Below, piece by piece: positions 1-11,184 of a stretch of 64,000 nt of DNA. Both the position numbers and the translations under genes were made by a program. The stretch is from assembly GCA_048571215.1 (NCBI GenBank), contig CP182352.1:32001-96000 (forward strand), written 5' to 3'. Position 1 is the first letter of the stretch. Every line of letters begins with the position of its first letter. The notes beneath the pieces were generated by a model. The model did no database searches. It saw nothing but the letters and a program-made list of their open reading frames with translations, and had not been told where the DNA came from. The stretch comes from Halarcobacter sp. (GTDB lineage Bacteria > Campylobacterota > Campylobacteria > Campylobacterales > Arcobacteraceae).

Positions 1-60
1 GTAGATATTGAAAATGAAGATTTAATAAAAGTATGTAAACTAATTAAGGAATTAAAATGA
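1..60 (+). CDS. 3' end of an upstream gene (partial, product unknown)
   Basis: Frame 1 is open (VDIENEDLIKVCKLIKELK) to TGA at 58-60, overlapping the ATG of the next ORF (ATGA coupling). Confidence 0.5.
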   Translation, partial: VDIENEDLIKVCKLIKELK

Positions 61-299
61 GATTTATCTTAATACTAATTGTATTTACACTTTTCAGTTT
101 TGCAAATGATAAGTTTTTAAATATGAAAACTTGCGAAACCTTCAAGTTATCAAATTTTAATACACTGTTATCTTGTCATAGTATTGATTACTTAATTGAA
201 TATAGAAAAGTTGATGATGAAGAGAAAGATCCCATAAAAAAGATTACAGCAATAACAGTAAATGATCAAAGAGTTATAAAAGATATAGGTAAAAAATAA
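57..299 (+). CDS. Small exported hypothetical protein
   Basis: 80 aa, N-terminal signal peptide, AAGGA RBS, coupled to the next gene. Confidence 0.7.
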   Translation: MRFILILIVFTLFSFANDKFLNMKTCETFKLSNFNTLLSCHSIDYLIEYRKVDDEEKDPIKKITAITVNDQRVIKDIGKK

Positions 300-946
300 T
301 GATTTTAAAAGAGTTGATAAAAGGTAATGAGCGTTTTAGGAATACTGATTTTAGATATTTAGAGCCAGAGATAAAAGACCTTGTAAAAAATGGACAAAGG
401 CCTGAGGTGCTTTTTATAGGGTGTTCTGACAGTAGGGTAACCCCTGATTTGATGTTAAATACAAGACCTGGGGATATGTTTATTCTAAGAAATGTAGGTA
501 ATTTTGTACCACCCTATAAACATGATGAAGATTTCCATGGAAGTGCTGCTGCTATTGAGTATGCTATATCGGTTTTAAAAGTGAAACATATTATAATTTG
601 TGGACATTCACATTGTGGAGCCTGTAAAAGTTTGTATGAAGATATTCCTGATGCAAAAACTCTTGTACATGTGAAAGTTTGGCTACAACTAGGTCAAAAA
701 GCAAAAGAAAGAACCTTAAAAAATAACAATTTTACAACGCGAGAGGAGATGTATAGAGCTACTGAAAGAAACTCTATAAGGCATCAACTAGACAATCTTT
801 TAACTTATCCTGAAGTTATAAAACTCATTGATTTGGGACAACTTAAAGTGCATGGATGGTACTATGATATCGAAACTGGTAAAATAGACTATTATGATAA
901 AGAAAAAGATACATTTAAACCATTGGAAGTAAATACATATGAATAA
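299..946 (+). CDS. Beta-class carbonic anhydrase
   Basis: GCSDSRV, RNVGN and CGHSHCGA zinc-binding motifs. Confidence 0.95.
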   Translation: MILKELIKGNERFRNTDFRYLEPEIKDLVKNGQRPEVLFIGCSDSRVTPDLMLNTRPGDMFILRNVGNFVPPYKHDEDFHGSAAAIEYAISVLKVKHIIICGHSHCGACKSLYEDIPDAKTLVHVKVWLQLGQKAKERTLKNNNFTTREEMYRATERNSIRHQLDNLLTYPEVIKLIDLGQLKVHGWYYDIETGKIDYYDKEKDTFKPLEVNTYE

Positions 947-1277
947 AAAAGATGAGATACAAATAAGAAGATTACCTAAGAAAACCATTATTATAATTGC
1001 TATTATAACAATATTGACAATTATTGGTTTTGGTTTTGTTGTTTTTACAAAGAATATGAAGATTACAGAAGTTCTAAATAATCTTGGTCACAAAAATATA
1101 AGTGATTTAAAAGTAGTAAATAAAATGGTAGTTGAAGATAAAGTAACAAAAATAAATAGTACAGTTTATAAGGTTGACTTTTTTGATAATATCCTAAATA
1201 AAGAGTGTTATGGGTTTATTATTAGAAGTAATGATGGAAAATATAGTAAAGATATAGACTGTAAGAAGGTTAATTGA
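939..1277 (+). CDS. Hypothetical single-pass membrane protein
   Basis: One hydrophobic helix near the N-terminus; overlaps both neighbours in an operon. Confidence 0.7.
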   Translation: MNKKDEIQIRRLPKKTIIIIAIITILTIIGFGFVVFTKNMKITEVLNNLGHKNISDLKVVNKMVVEDKVTKINSTVYKVDFFDNILNKECYGFIIRSNDGKYSKDIDCKKVN

Positions 1278-1279
1278 AA

Positions 1280-2341
1280 ATGAGCATTTTAGAAAAATTA
1301 GAAACAAATAAGAGATTATCATATGAAGAGGCCTTAGGGCTTTATGATTTAGATCTATTTGTATTGGCACAATATGCTAATAAAATTAGAGAAGATAAAC
1401 ATGGTAAAAAAACTTATTTTAATATAAATAGACATATAAATCCAACAAATATTTGTAAAGATGTTTGTCAATTTTGTGCTTACAGTGCAAGTAGAAAAAA
1501 TCCAAATCCATATACAATGACACATGAAGAGATTTTAGATATTGTTGAAAATTCTACAAAAAAAGATATCAAAGAGGTGCATATAGTATCAGCACACAAT
1601 CCAGATACAGGATTAGAATGGTATTTAGATGTATTTAGAAAAATAAAAGAGAAATTTCCAAGTATTCATATCAAGGCATTAACAGCAGCAGAGATTCATT
1701 TTTTAGCAGAAGAGTATAATTTAAGTTATGAACAAATTATTGAAAAGATGGTCGAAAGTGGAGTTGACTCTATGCCAGGTGGTGGTGCTGAAATTTTTGA
1801 TGAGGGTGTACGAAAAAGAATTTGTGGTGGAAAAGTTACTTCACAACAATGGCTTGATATACATAAATTATGGCATAAGAGTGGTCATCAAAGTAATGCA
1901 ACAATGCTTTTTGGACATGTTGAAAGTAGAGAGCATAGAATAGACCATATGATAAGATTAAGAGATTTACAAGATGAAACTGGTGGCTTCAATGCCTTTA
2001 TCCCTCTTGTATATCAAAAAGAGAATAACTTTTTAAAAATAAAAGATTTTTTAACTGGTCAAGAGATTTTAAAAACAATGGCAATATCAAGAATTTTATT
2101 AGATAATATTCCACATATTAAAGCTTATTGGGTTACATCAACTATAAAACTTGCCCTTTTAGCTCAAGAGTTTGGTGCAAATGATTTAGATGGGACTATT
2201 GAAAAAGAATCAATTCAAAGTGCTGCAGGTGCTGCTAGTGCAAATGGTATGGCTTTTCAAAATTTTGTGGATTTGATAAAAAATTCTGGATTTTTACCTG
2301 TTGAAAGAGATTCTGTATATAATGAGATTAAAACGTGGTAA
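1280..2341 (+). CDS. mqnE: Aminofutalosine synthase (radical SAM, menaquinone futalosine pathway)
   Basis: CKDVCQFC motif, MPGGGAEIF, HIKAYW, FGANDLDGT; start is ATG 1280 or TTG 1274. Confidence 0.88.
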   Translation: MSILEKLETNKRLSYEEALGLYDLDLFVLAQYANKIREDKHGKKTYFNINRHINPTNICKDVCQFCAYSASRKNPNPYTMTHEEILDIVENSTKKDIKEVHIVSAHNPDTGLEWYLDVFRKIKEKFPSIHIKALTAAEIHFLAEEYNLSYEQIIEKMVESGVDSMPGGGAEIFDEGVRKRICGGKVTSQQWLDIHKLWHKSGHQSNATMLFGHVESREHRIDHMIRLRDLQDETGGFNAFIPLVYQKENNFLKIKDFLTGQEILKTMAISRILLDNIPHIKAYWVTSTIKLALLAQEFGANDLDGTIEKESIQSAAGAASANGMAFQNFVDLIKNSGFLPVERDSVYNEIKTW

Positions 2342-2365
2342 AAGCTTTTTGCTTTTACCTATTGT

Positions 2366-3931
2366 TTATTTAGGTTGATGGAACTGTAAGATAAACTCTA
2401 TTTCTATTCCAGCTTCGGTTTTTACAAAACTAATTGGATAGGTGATATTTACAGAATATAATTCATTATTTAGACCATCAATTATTTCAAAAAATTTAAT
2501 TGGATTTTTAACTACTACATTTATTAGATAGTTAAAAGTTATAACTTCTGATTTAAAGTTTGATTTAAATGTAACAATTGCATCCTTAGGGAAAAGCATT
2601 TTAATCTGCTCTGTTACTGTAATAATTGGCATAAACTCATTTGCCTCATATACATCACTATATTCTTTAAAAGTAGTTTGTTTTTTGTTTTTTAAACCTT
2701 CTGCTTCAATAACAGCATCAATAACTGCTTTCTCTTTATTTTCCTCTTTTATCTCAAAATTTGTAAGTTTATAATCATTTAATAATTTAGGTTCTAATAC
2801 CTTTATAAAGGTATCCTTATTTAACATATCTACACTCATTTTAAGTGAGTTTGATTCGATATATAACTCTTTTAAGACAACATCATATGGGATTAGTTCT
2901 AAAGATTTAAGTACTCTATTCTCAATTATGTTATTTTTTTCTTGATGATTTGGCAGTTTTACTACTCTTTTTACTTGTGTTTGTTTAACAGGTTCTTTTT
3001 TATTGAAAAGTTCATCAATTGGTATAAATAGATATCCAACTGCAATTATTGCAAAAATGGCAAGAAGTGGTGCTAACCATCTAAAAATACTTGGTTTTGG
3101 TTTTACTCTTGGTTTAAGAAAACTTTTTTTACTATGTTTATCTTTTGATAATTCAAAAAGTTCTTCATCTACAGAGATTGGATGATAAGTTACATCTATC
3201 ATAAAATCTTCACTCATAGATTGGATTTGATCTTCTGGTATTTGTTTTACATTATAAAGTAAAGATATTTTTTCAATAAAAGTATCTTTTGAGATAGTGT
3301 AAAACTCTTCTATCGTATTTTTTACAGCCTCATAAACCTCTAATGAGTAAACTTCATCAAAAAGTTTTTGACCTAAAACCTCATTTTCATAAAATTTACT
3401 ACTTTGAATATCTTCAAAAGGTGTAAGCTCTAATCTCTTATGGAAAACTATTTCACTTTTACTATCAACAACCATACAAAATGCCTGATTGTTAAAAAGA
3501 AGTATAACAAGGGAGTTATTACAAGGGTTTTGTTCTATATGTAAATTTAAAATATGAAAAGCTGAAAAAACATAATCAACTCCACATTTCTCAAAATAGT
3601 TTTTAGTTTCAAAAAGTAAACTTTTTGAAATAGCAATATAATAATCACTGTTAAGTAAGGTTACTGTGTTCTCTTTTATATTTATTTTTTCATTTTTTCT
3701 ATAGAGTTTTGTATCATCTTGAAGAAGTAGGGTTGAGATATATGTATCATTTATCTCTTCTGAGTGAGCTACTAGTTTTGAAGCTACATCTCTAGCTAGG
3801 ATTTCATCTTTTGCAATAAAAACAGAGTTATTAGCCTCTACAATATCTTCATTTTGTAATTTTTTATAACTTATTTTAAGTTGGGTTTTGTATTTGATAG
3901 CATTGATATATAAAGACTCTTTTGAGAACAT
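2366..3931 (-). CDS. Hypothetical bitopic membrane protein
   Basis: 521 aa ORF with one central TM helix; no motif recognised. Confidence 0.7.
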   Translation of the reverse strand: MFSKESLYINAIKYKTQLKISYKKLQNEDIVEANNSVFIAKDEILARDVASKLVAHSEEINDTYISTLLLQDDTKLYRKNEKINIKENTVTLLNSDYYIAISKSLLFETKNYFEKCGVDYVFSAFHILNLHIEQNPCNNSLVILLFNNQAFCMVVDSKSEIVFHKRLELTPFEDIQSSKFYENEVLGQKLFDEVYSLEVYEAVKNTIEEFYTISKDTFIEKISLLYNVKQIPEDQIQSMSEDFMIDVTYHPISVDEELFELSKDKHSKKSFLKPRVKPKPSIFRWLAPLLAIFAIIAVGYLFIPIDELFNKKEPVKQTQVKRVVKLPNHQEKNNIIENRVLKSLELIPYDVVLKELYIESNSLKMSVDMLNKDTFIKVLEPKLLNDYKLTNFEIKEENKEKAVIDAVIEAEGLKNKKQTTFKEYSDVYEANEFMPIITVTEQIKMLFPKDAIVTFKSNFKSEVITFNYLINVVVKNPIKFFEIIDGLNNELYSVNITYPISFVKTEAGIEIEFILQFHQPK

Positions 3932-3943
3932 TCAACTACTTCC

Positions 3944-4558
3944 TTATTTCATAGCGTTGATCAACATTTTTTCTTTTATTAGCTCTTTTGCCTCATTTAT
4001 TTCTAAGTTTTCTAAACAAAGAGGCTCTTGAATAAAAAACTCTATTGTTCCAAAAGGTTTTGGTACTATAAATTTATCCCAAGAGTTAAACTGCCAATAA
4101 TTTTTTGGTTTACAATTAAATATTAAAATTTTAGCATTAGTCTTCTTTGATATTGCTACAATACCATCAGCAACTGAATGTCTAGGTCCTCTTGGTCCAT
4201 CTGGTGTTATTGCAATATCATTTCCATTTTTTATCTCTTTGATTGCTGCAATTAATGCTTTTGCTCCACCTTTAGAGCTTGAACCTCTAATTGAGTCAAT
4301 TCCCAAATACTCTACAGTTTTTGTAATCGCTTCCCCATCTTTGTGTTCACTTATCATAGCACTTACTTTAGCATAAGGTCTAAGTTTTTGGTAGTTAAAT
4401 GGTTGCATAAGTAATTCTCCATGCCAAAAAGCTACAATAAATGACTCTTTATCATCAATTTTTGGGTGATGAAAAACTTTTTTATTTGTAAAATAAATAA
4501 TTTTTACAAAAAACTGCAAAATAAAGGGTGCAACTTTTGTTATAAAAAAATTTCTCAT
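3944..4558 (-). CDS. Lysophospholipid acyltransferase family protein (DUF374-like)
   Basis: FWHGE, IRGSSSKGG and ITPDGPRGP motifs. Confidence 0.85.
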   Translation of the reverse strand: MRNFFITKVAPFILQFFVKIIYFTNKKVFHHPKIDDKESFIVAFWHGELLMQPFNYQKLRPYAKVSAMISEHKDGEAITKTVEYLGIDSIRGSSSKGGAKALIAAIKEIKNGNDIAITPDGPRGPRHSVADGIVAISKKTNAKILIFNCKPKNYWQFNSWDKFIVPKPFGTIEFFIQEPLCLENLEINEAKELIKEKMLINAMK

Positions 4559-5887
4559 CTACTTTATCACATCACCTTTTAGTGAAGTTCTTGTGGTATC
4601 TGTAATTTTTACATCAACAAATTTACCTAGTAGCTCGTCACTACCCTTTACAAAAACTTGCATAAAATTGTCTGTATAGCCTGAAACTTCACCATTTGCT
4701 CTTAAACTATCAAATAAAACAGTAACTATTTTATCTTTATTTATTTGCATTAATTCACTTTGGTGTTCTTTATGTAATTCAATAACTTGAGTTAATCTTT
4801 GGCTACCAATTGAATCCTCTATCTCTTCATCTTTTAATTCTAAAGCTGCGGTATTTGGTCTAGGAGAGTATTTGAAGTTGAAAATTTGATCAAACTTAAC
4901 TTGATTGATTACATCTATAGTATCTTCAAAATCCTCTTGTGTTTCCCCTGGAAAAGCTACAATTATATCTGTAGTGATTCTTACATTTGGAACCAAACTT
5001 CTTATTTTTTTGGCTCTATTTAAAAACCACTCTTTAGTGTAGCCTCTTTTCATAGCTTTTAAAATCTTTGTTGAACCGCTTTGTAAAGGCATATGGATAC
5101 ATTTTGAGATTTTTGGATTTTTTGCAAACTCCTCAATAAACTCATCATCCATATGTAAAGGGTGGGGAGAGGTAAATCGGATTCTTTCCAATCCATCTAT
5201 TTTAGAAACCTCTTGTAAAAGTTTTGTAAAAGTTGTTTTTTCCCTTTTGTCACTAAATCTTCTACCATATGAGTTTACATTTTGTCCTAATAAAGTTACT
5301 TCTTTAGCACCTCTTAGTACATCTTTTTTTATTTGATCTATAATCATTTCAGGTGGGATAGAGATCTCCTCTCCTCTAGTAGCTGGAACTATACAATAAG
5401 TACACTCCTTATCACAACCAACTGAAATATTTACAGAAGTTTTATAAAGTGATGTTGAGGTTGAAGCAAATTGATAGGTTGAATCATCATAATCTATATC
5501 AATCTCAACAGCACCTTTTTTATCAATAACATCTTTTATTTTTGAAATATTTCTAGCCCCAAGTACAAAATCTACATATGGTGCTCTTTTCATAATATCA
5601 TCACCAAGATGGGAAGCAGTACAACCACACACCCCGATTTTAGCTTTATCTTTTTTCTTTTTATTAAACTGACCAATCTCTGAAAATAGTTTTGAAACAG
5701 GTTTCTCTCTTACTGAACATGTATTTATAATAATTAAGTCTGCATCTTCTATGTTTTCTGTAGGGGTATAATTTTTATGCTCTTTTAATTCAGCAATTAT
5801 GTGTTGGCTGTCAGTATCATTCATCTGACAGCCAAGTGTTTGTATAAATAGTTTTTTTTCTATTTTTTCATCCATTTGTTTATTCAC
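4559..5887 (-). CDS. miaB: tRNA-2-methylthio-N6-dimethylallyladenosine synthase
   Basis: [26 protein letters not shown] and a C-terminal TRAM domain. Confidence 0.95.
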   Translation of the reverse strand: MNKQMDEKIEKKLFIQTLGCQMNDTDSQHIIAELKEHKNYTPTENIEDADLIIINTCSVREKPVSKLFSEIGQFNKKKKDKAKIGVCGCTASHLGDDIMKRAPYVDFVLGARNISKIKDVIDKKGAVEIDIDYDDSTYQFASTSTSLYKTSVNISVGCDKECTYCIVPATRGEEISIPPEMIIDQIKKDVLRGAKEVTLLGQNVNSYGRRFSDKREKTTFTKLLQEVSKIDGLERIRFTSPHPLHMDDEFIEEFAKNPKISKCIHMPLQSGSTKILKAMKRGYTKEWFLNRAKKIRSLVPNVRITTDIIVAFPGETQEDFEDTIDVINQVKFDQIFNFKYSPRPNTAALELKDEEIEDSIGSQRLTQVIELHKEHQSELMQINKDKIVTVLFDSLRANGEVSGYTDNFMQVFVKGSDELLGKFVDVKITDTTRTSLKGDVIK

Positions 5888-5895
5888 TTTATTTC

Positions 5896-6138
5896 CTATA
5901 AAGCATGAACCTCATACATATATTCTTCATCTGCTAGTCCATATTTTACTTCTCTAAAGTAAACATTGAATCCTTCATCTTCTAAAGTATCCACTAAAGC
6001 CATCATATCTTTGTGAGAATTGTCTCTATCAAAATAAAAGATTTTTTCACCATCTTTTTTTAAATCCTCTTTTATTTTATCAAGTAAAACTTTTTTTGGT
6101 TTTTCTGATAGCTCATTTCTTGCATATAATAATTCCAT
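5896..6138 (-). CDS. HP0268-family small nuclease
   Basis: 80 aa with [12 protein letters not shown] and YMYEVH; located between miaB and nusA. Confidence 0.75.
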   Translation of the reverse strand: MELLYARNELSEKPKKVLLDKIKEDLKKDGEKIFYFDRDNSHKDMMALVDTLEDEGFNVYFREVKYGLADEEYMYEVHAL

Positions 6139-6285
6139 ATAACAAACCTTTTTGTATTTAATTAGCTAGATAGTCTATCTTAAAGTTGCTTTAATTTCTA
6201 TAAAAGTTGTTTATGGTATAATATCTGTCTACTCTACATTGAAAATCAAAAACATACATTTCAATGTCAATACAAAAGGTTATTA

Positions 6286-7458
6286 ATGGATAAAATTATA
6301 GATATTTTAGATTCTATTGCTTATGAAAAGGGCATAAAAATAGATGATGTTGAGAATGCGTTAAAAGAGGCATTGATTAAAACTGCGGAAAAAATGGTAG
6401 ATGCTACCTTGAAATTTGATGCAGAAATTGATAGAAAAAATAAAAAACTAGAACTATTTCAAAAAATAGAAGTGGTTGAAAATGATGATAAAAGATTAGT
6501 TGAAGATAACTATGATGAATATGAGAATCTTATAAATAAAGATAACTTCATCTCTATAGATGAGGCAAAAAATATAGACCCTGGTGTAGAAATAGGGGAT
6601 TTTGTAAACTATGATTTAGAATTTGAAAATATGGGTAGAAATGCTGCAACAATTTTGCACCATAATTTTGAATATAGAATACAAAGATTTTTAGAAGAAT
6701 CACTTTTAAATAAGTATAAAAATAAAATTGGAAAAACCATTAATGGAAATGTTACAAGGGTTGATAGACAAGAGAATACCTTTGTAGAGATTGGTGAAGT
6801 TAGAGGGATGCTTCCAAGAAAAAGTAGAATCAAAGGGGAAAGCTTTAGAATTGGAGATACCCTAAAAGCTGTTGTAAAAAGTGTAAATATAGACAAAACA
6901 AATGGTCTAATAATTGAACTTTCTAGAACTTCTCCAAAATTCTTAGAATCTCTTTTAGCTCTTGAAGTTCCTGAGTTAAAAGATGAAGTTATTATAATTG
7001 AAGCTAGTGCAAGAATTCCTGGTAGTAGAGCTAAGATTGCCCTTGTATCTACTGACCCACAAGTTGACCCTATTGGTTCAATTGTTGGGGTAAAAGGTGT
7101 TAGAATTACAGCTGTTTCAAGACAATTAAATGGGGAAAATATAGATTGTGTTGAATACTCAACTATACCTGAAATGTTTATATCACGTGCCTTATCACCT
7201 GCTATTATTACAAGTGTAAAAATAGAAAAACCAGCAGAGGGCAATGAAAAAGGTAAAGCAATAGTTACTATTCCTAGTGATCAAAAATCAAAAGCTATTG
7301 GTAAAGCTGGATTAAATATTAGATTAGCTTCAATGCTTACAAAATATGAAATAGAGTTAGTTGAGGTTGGGGGAGATCTATTGAGTTCTGCTGTAACTAG
7401 CGAATCAAAAACTGAAAAAGTAACAGATACTGCAAGTTTAGAGGCACTATTTAAATAA
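6286..7458 (+). CDS. nusA: Transcription termination/antitermination factor NusA
   Basis: S1 and KH domains; ARIPGSRAKIA, KAIGKAGLNIRLAS. Confidence 0.96.
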   Translation: MDKIIDILDSIAYEKGIKIDDVENALKEALIKTAEKMVDATLKFDAEIDRKNKKLELFQKIEVVENDDKRLVEDNYDEYENLINKDNFISIDEAKNIDPGVEIGDFVNYDLEFENMGRNAATILHHNFEYRIQRFLEESLLNKYKNKIGKTINGNVTRVDRQENTFVEIGEVRGMLPRKSRIKGESFRIGDTLKAVVKSVNIDKTNGLIIELSRTSPKFLESLLALEVPELKDEVIIIEASARIPGSRAKIALVSTDPQVDPIGSIVGVKGVRITAVSRQLNGENIDCVEYSTIPEMFISRALSPAIITSVKIEKPAEGNEKGKAIVTIPSDQKSKAIGKAGLNIRLASMLTKYEIELVEVGGDLLSSAVTSESKTEKVTDTASLEALFK

Positions 7459-8861
7459 TGAATAAACTATTTATATATGATTCTGTAAAAAAACAAAAAG
7501 TTCCTTTTGAAGCAATAAAAGACAAACAAGTAAAAGTTTATGTTTGTGGACCAACTGTTTATGATGATTCACATTTAGGTCATGCAAGAAGTGCCATTGC
7601 ATTTGATTTACTTCATAGGGTTTTAAAAGCAAATAATTATGATGTAATCATGACAAAAAACTTTACTGATATTGATGATAAAATTATCAAAAAGATGTAT
7701 GAAACAAAAAGAACTTTAGAAGATATTACAAGTGAATATATAAATGCATATAAAAATGATATGGAGATTCTAAATATTTTACCAAATAGTTTAGAACCAA
7801 AAGCTACACAAAATTTACAAATCATGATAGATATGATTGAAGATTTGATGGCTAAAGATATAGCTTATAAAATCTCAGATGGTATCTATTTTGATGTTTC
7901 AAAAGATTCAAACTATGGAGAACTTTCAAAAAGAGCAAGTGATGAAAATTCACAAGCAAGGGTTGAAACAAATAGTGAAAAAAGAACTCCAAGTGATTTT
8001 GCCCTATGGAAGTTTGAAAAAGAAAATGATGTAGCCTATGAGGCACCTTTTGGAAAAGGACGACCTGGTTGGCATATAGAGTGTAGTGCTATGATAAATA
8101 AACATTTAGCCTATAAAGATGAACCCTTTCAAATAGATATTCATGGGGGAGGAGCTGATTTGCTTTTTCCACACCATGAAAACGAAGCGGCACAAACTAG
8201 ATGTTCTACAAAAACCAATTTAGCAAAATACTGGATGCATAATGGATTTGTAACAATTGATGGGGAGAAGATGAGTAAGTCTTTAGGTAACTCATTTTTC
8301 TTAAAAGATATTTTAAAATCATATAGTGGAGAGGTTGTTAGATTTTATCTTTTAACAGCACAATATAGAACTAATTTTAATTTCAATGAAGAGGATTTAG
8401 TATCTTCTAAAAAAAGACTTGATAAATTTTACAGACTTAAAAAAAGAGTTTATGGACTTGGTTCAAGTGATGTAAATAAAGATGTAAAAGAGCAACTATT
8501 AAATGCCCTAAATGATGATTTAAACTCAGCAAAAGCTATTTCAGTAGTAGATGAGTATGTTTCAATGGCAAATGAAACATTAAATAAAGAGCCAAAAAAT
8601 AAAAACTTTAAAAAAGAGTTAGTATCAACTTTGAACTTTATAGGAGATATTTTAGGAATAGGGGAAGATGATGCCTATAAATATTTTCAATTTGGTATAG
8701 ATCAAGAAACTATTTTAAAAATAGAAGAGCTTATAGAAAAAAGAACTCAAGCAAAAAAAGAAAAAGATTTTGAGTCTGCTGATAAAATTAGAGATGAATT
8801 AACATCAATGGATATTTCTGTTATGGATACACCAAATGGTGTAGTTTGGGAAAAGGTATAA
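7458..8861 (+). CDS. cysS: Cysteine--tRNA ligase
   Basis: CGPTVYDDSHLGH, GRPGWHIECSAM, KMSKS. Confidence 0.97.
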   Translation: MNKLFIYDSVKKQKVPFEAIKDKQVKVYVCGPTVYDDSHLGHARSAIAFDLLHRVLKANNYDVIMTKNFTDIDDKIIKKMYETKRTLEDITSEYINAYKNDMEILNILPNSLEPKATQNLQIMIDMIEDLMAKDIAYKISDGIYFDVSKDSNYGELSKRASDENSQARVETNSEKRTPSDFALWKFEKENDVAYEAPFGKGRPGWHIECSAMINKHLAYKDEPFQIDIHGGGADLLFPHHENEAAQTRCSTKTNLAKYWMHNGFVTIDGEKMSKSLGNSFFLKDILKSYSGEVVRFYLLTAQYRTNFNFNEEDLVSSKKRLDKFYRLKKRVYGLGSSDVNKDVKEQLLNALNDDLNSAKAISVVDEYVSMANETLNKEPKNKNFKKELVSTLNFIGDILGIGEDDAYKYFQFGIDQETILKIEELIEKRTQAKKEKDFESADKIRDELTSMDISVMDTPNGVVWEKV

Positions 8862-9034
8862 AACTTTTACGAAACAATAAATAAACACTAGGCTTCTTAA
8901 CTATGGGAAGCTAACTTTTCAAGACAATTGCATACAATTAAAACTATCAAAAAAATAAACTAAAAAATAACCTTTTTTTTAATCAAAAATCCAAATTTTT
9001 TAGTATAATCCAAAAAAAATATTAGGATATAAAA

Positions 9035-9829
9035 ATGGTAAGCATCAAATCACTAGTAGAATCAAAACTATTTCAAAATTTTATTATCTCACTTATTATA
9101 CTAAACGGTATAACAATGGGTTTAGAAACTTCAAAAAATATAGTTGAAACTTATGGAAACTTTTTAAATGTATTTGATAAATTTGTTATCTCTATTTTTA
9201 CTATTGAGATAATTCTTAGAGTTTATACATATAGAATATCTTTTTTCAAAGACCCTTGGTCTTTATTTGATTTTTTTATTGTTGCAGTATCTTTGATGCC
9301 TACAAATGGAGGTTTTTCAATCCTAAGAATTTTAAGGGTATTAAGACTTTTTAGACTTATTACTGTAGTACCTCAAATGAGAAAAATTGTAGCTGCTCTT
9401 ATAAGTGTAATACCTGGTATGTTATCTATTGTTGCCTTGATGACACTTATTTTTTATATATTTGCCATAATGGCAACAAATCTATATGCTAATAGTTTTC
9501 CCCAGTGGTTTGGAACATTAGGGGAATCATTTTATAGTTTATTTCAAATTATGACTTTAGAATCCTGGTCTATGGGAATAGTTAGACCTATTATGGAATC
9601 ACATCCCTATGCTTGGGTGTTTTTTATCCCTTTTATTTTTATTGCAACCTTTGTGATGGTTAATCTTGTAGTTGCAATTATAGTTGACGCAATGGCAATA
9701 TTAAAAGAGGAAGAGAAAACTATGATAAAAGAGGTGCAAGATTCAGAAGGGGAATTAAAAGATGAGATTAAAACTTTACAAAATGAGATAAGAGAATTAA
9801 AACAAATAGTTTTAAAATCTAAGGATTAA
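9035..9829 (+). CDS. Bacterial voltage-gated sodium channel (NavAb/NaChBac family)
   Basis: Six TM segments, S4 [12 protein letters not shown], selectivity filter TLESWSM, C-terminal coiled coil. Confidence 0.93.
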   Translation: MVSIKSLVESKLFQNFIISLIILNGITMGLETSKNIVETYGNFLNVFDKFVISIFTIEIILRVYTYRISFFKDPWSLFDFFIVAVSLMPTNGGFSILRILRVLRLFRLITVVPQMRKIVAALISVIPGMLSIVALMTLIFYIFAIMATNLYANSFPQWFGTLGESFYSLFQIMTLESWSMGIVRPIMESHPYAWVFFIPFIFIATFVMVNLVVAIIVDAMAILKEEEKTMIKEVQDSEGELKDEIKTLQNEIRELKQIVLKSKD

Positions 9830-10181
9830 AAGTTAAAACAACTTTTCCCACAATATGAACATCTTTTTTCCCATATACCAAATGGGAAAATAAAGAGTTT
9901 ATAGAAAAAAATACCTCTTTTTTTTCATTATATTTTTTTACCCACATTTTATTTTCATAATATACTAAATAGATACCACCATCTATTAAAACTTTATTTG
10001 ATATATCAGATACAATTACTGCTTTATCAGATATAAGTGGTTCCATAGATTTACCATCTATGATATTTACAAAAAGTGAACTTTCTTTGAAAGGCTCTTT
10101 TATCTCACCTTTTGAAAATCTTATCTCTTTTGTTTTATTTTCATCAAAAATATCAATATACTCTAAAGTTATCTCTTCCAT
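9819..10181 (-). CDS. Peptidase S24 (LexA/UmuD C-terminal-like) protein without HTH
   Basis: GKSMEP (catalytic Ser) and VKK (Lys) motifs. Confidence 0.7.
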   Translation of the reverse strand: MEEITLEYIDIFDENKTKEIRFSKGEIKEPFKESSLFVNIIDGKSMEPLISDKAVIVSDISNKVLIDGGIYLVYYENKMWVKKYNEKKEVFFSINSLFSHLVYGKKDVHIVGKVVLTFNP

Positions 10182-11183
10182 TTAAATAAACTCTTTTACT
10201 ATTTTTATATGATTTATATTTATATCCAAGAAACAATTAGTTTTATCTTCAATAGAATCTAAACATGATGTTTTTATTAGCAGTTGTTTTTTTTCAAAAT
10301 CATCTAGACTAACTTGAAGTTCATAATAATCACCACAAAAAGAGATATCTATAATTGTTGCTTTAATTTTACTATTATCATTTGTAACTTTTATATTATC
10401 TATTGAGATTATTCCAACATTCTCTTTATTTTTTTCTATACCTAAATCTTCTAGTAACTTATTTGGTAATAGATTTATTTTATTTAAAAAGTTTGCCACA
10501 TAGAGTGATTTTGGATTATTAAATAGTTCTTGGGGAGTGCCAAATTGCTCTATTTTTTTATTGTTTATTATTGCTATTTTATCTGACATACTTAAAGCTT
10601 CTTTTTGGTCATGGGTTACAAGTATAGCACTAAGACCTAAATCTTTGATTATCTTTTTTAACCAAACTTTTGTTTTATTTCTCAAATGGGTATCTAAGTT
10701 TGCAAAAGGCTCATCTAGTAGCAAAACCTTTGGTTCATAGGCTAAGACTCTAGCTATTGAAACCCTTTGTTGTTGACCACCACTTAACTCATGTATTTGT
10801 TTATGTCTATGTTCTGTTAAATCAAACTGTTTTAGAAGTTTATCAACCCTTTTTTGTCTTTCTAATTTATTTAATTTATACAAGGCAAACTCTATATTCT
10901 CTTTTACATTTAGATGGGGAAAAAGTGCATAATCTTGAAAGATATAGCCTATATCTTTATTGCATTCACCTTTACTGTTTACTAAACATTGTTCATTTAG
11001 ATAAATATCACCTTCATATTGTTCTTGAAGTGAGGCAATGCTTCTTAAAATCGTACTTTTCCCACATCCACTAGGACCTAAAATAGTTACAATCTCACCT
11101 GCTTGAACCTCAAAAGAGATATCTTCTAAAATTTGTGTATCACCAAATGCTATTGAAAAGTTTTTTATATTTATACCTACCAT
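10182..11183 (-). CDS. Fe3+ ABC transporter ATP-binding protein (FbpC-like)
   Basis: GPSGCGKS, LSGGQQQRV, LLLDEPF; in operon with permease and binding protein. Confidence 0.9.
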   Translation of the reverse strand: MVGINIKNFSIAFGDTQILEDISFEVQAGEIVTILGPSGCGKSTILRSIASLQEQYEGDIYLNEQCLVNSKGECNKDIGYIFQDYALFPHLNVKENIEFALYKLNKLERQKRVDKLLKQFDLTEHRHKQIHELSGGQQQRVSIARVLAYEPKVLLLDEPFANLDTHLRNKTKVWLKKIIKDLGLSAILVTHDQKEALSMSDKIAIINNKKIEQFGTPQELFNNPKSLYVANFLNKINLLPNKLLEDLGIEKNKENVGIISIDNIKVTNDNSKIKATIIDISFCGDYYELQVSLDDFEKKQLLIKTSCLDSIEDKTNCFLDININHIKIVKEFI

Positions 11184-11184
11184 A

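Noticed and set aside
6609..7244. 211-aa antisense ORF inside nusA, and other short shadow ORFs such as 33581-33877 and 38554-38934
   Set aside because: They lie opposite or within well-supported genes and have no recognisable motifs; 33581-33877 is antisense to the real pqqA.
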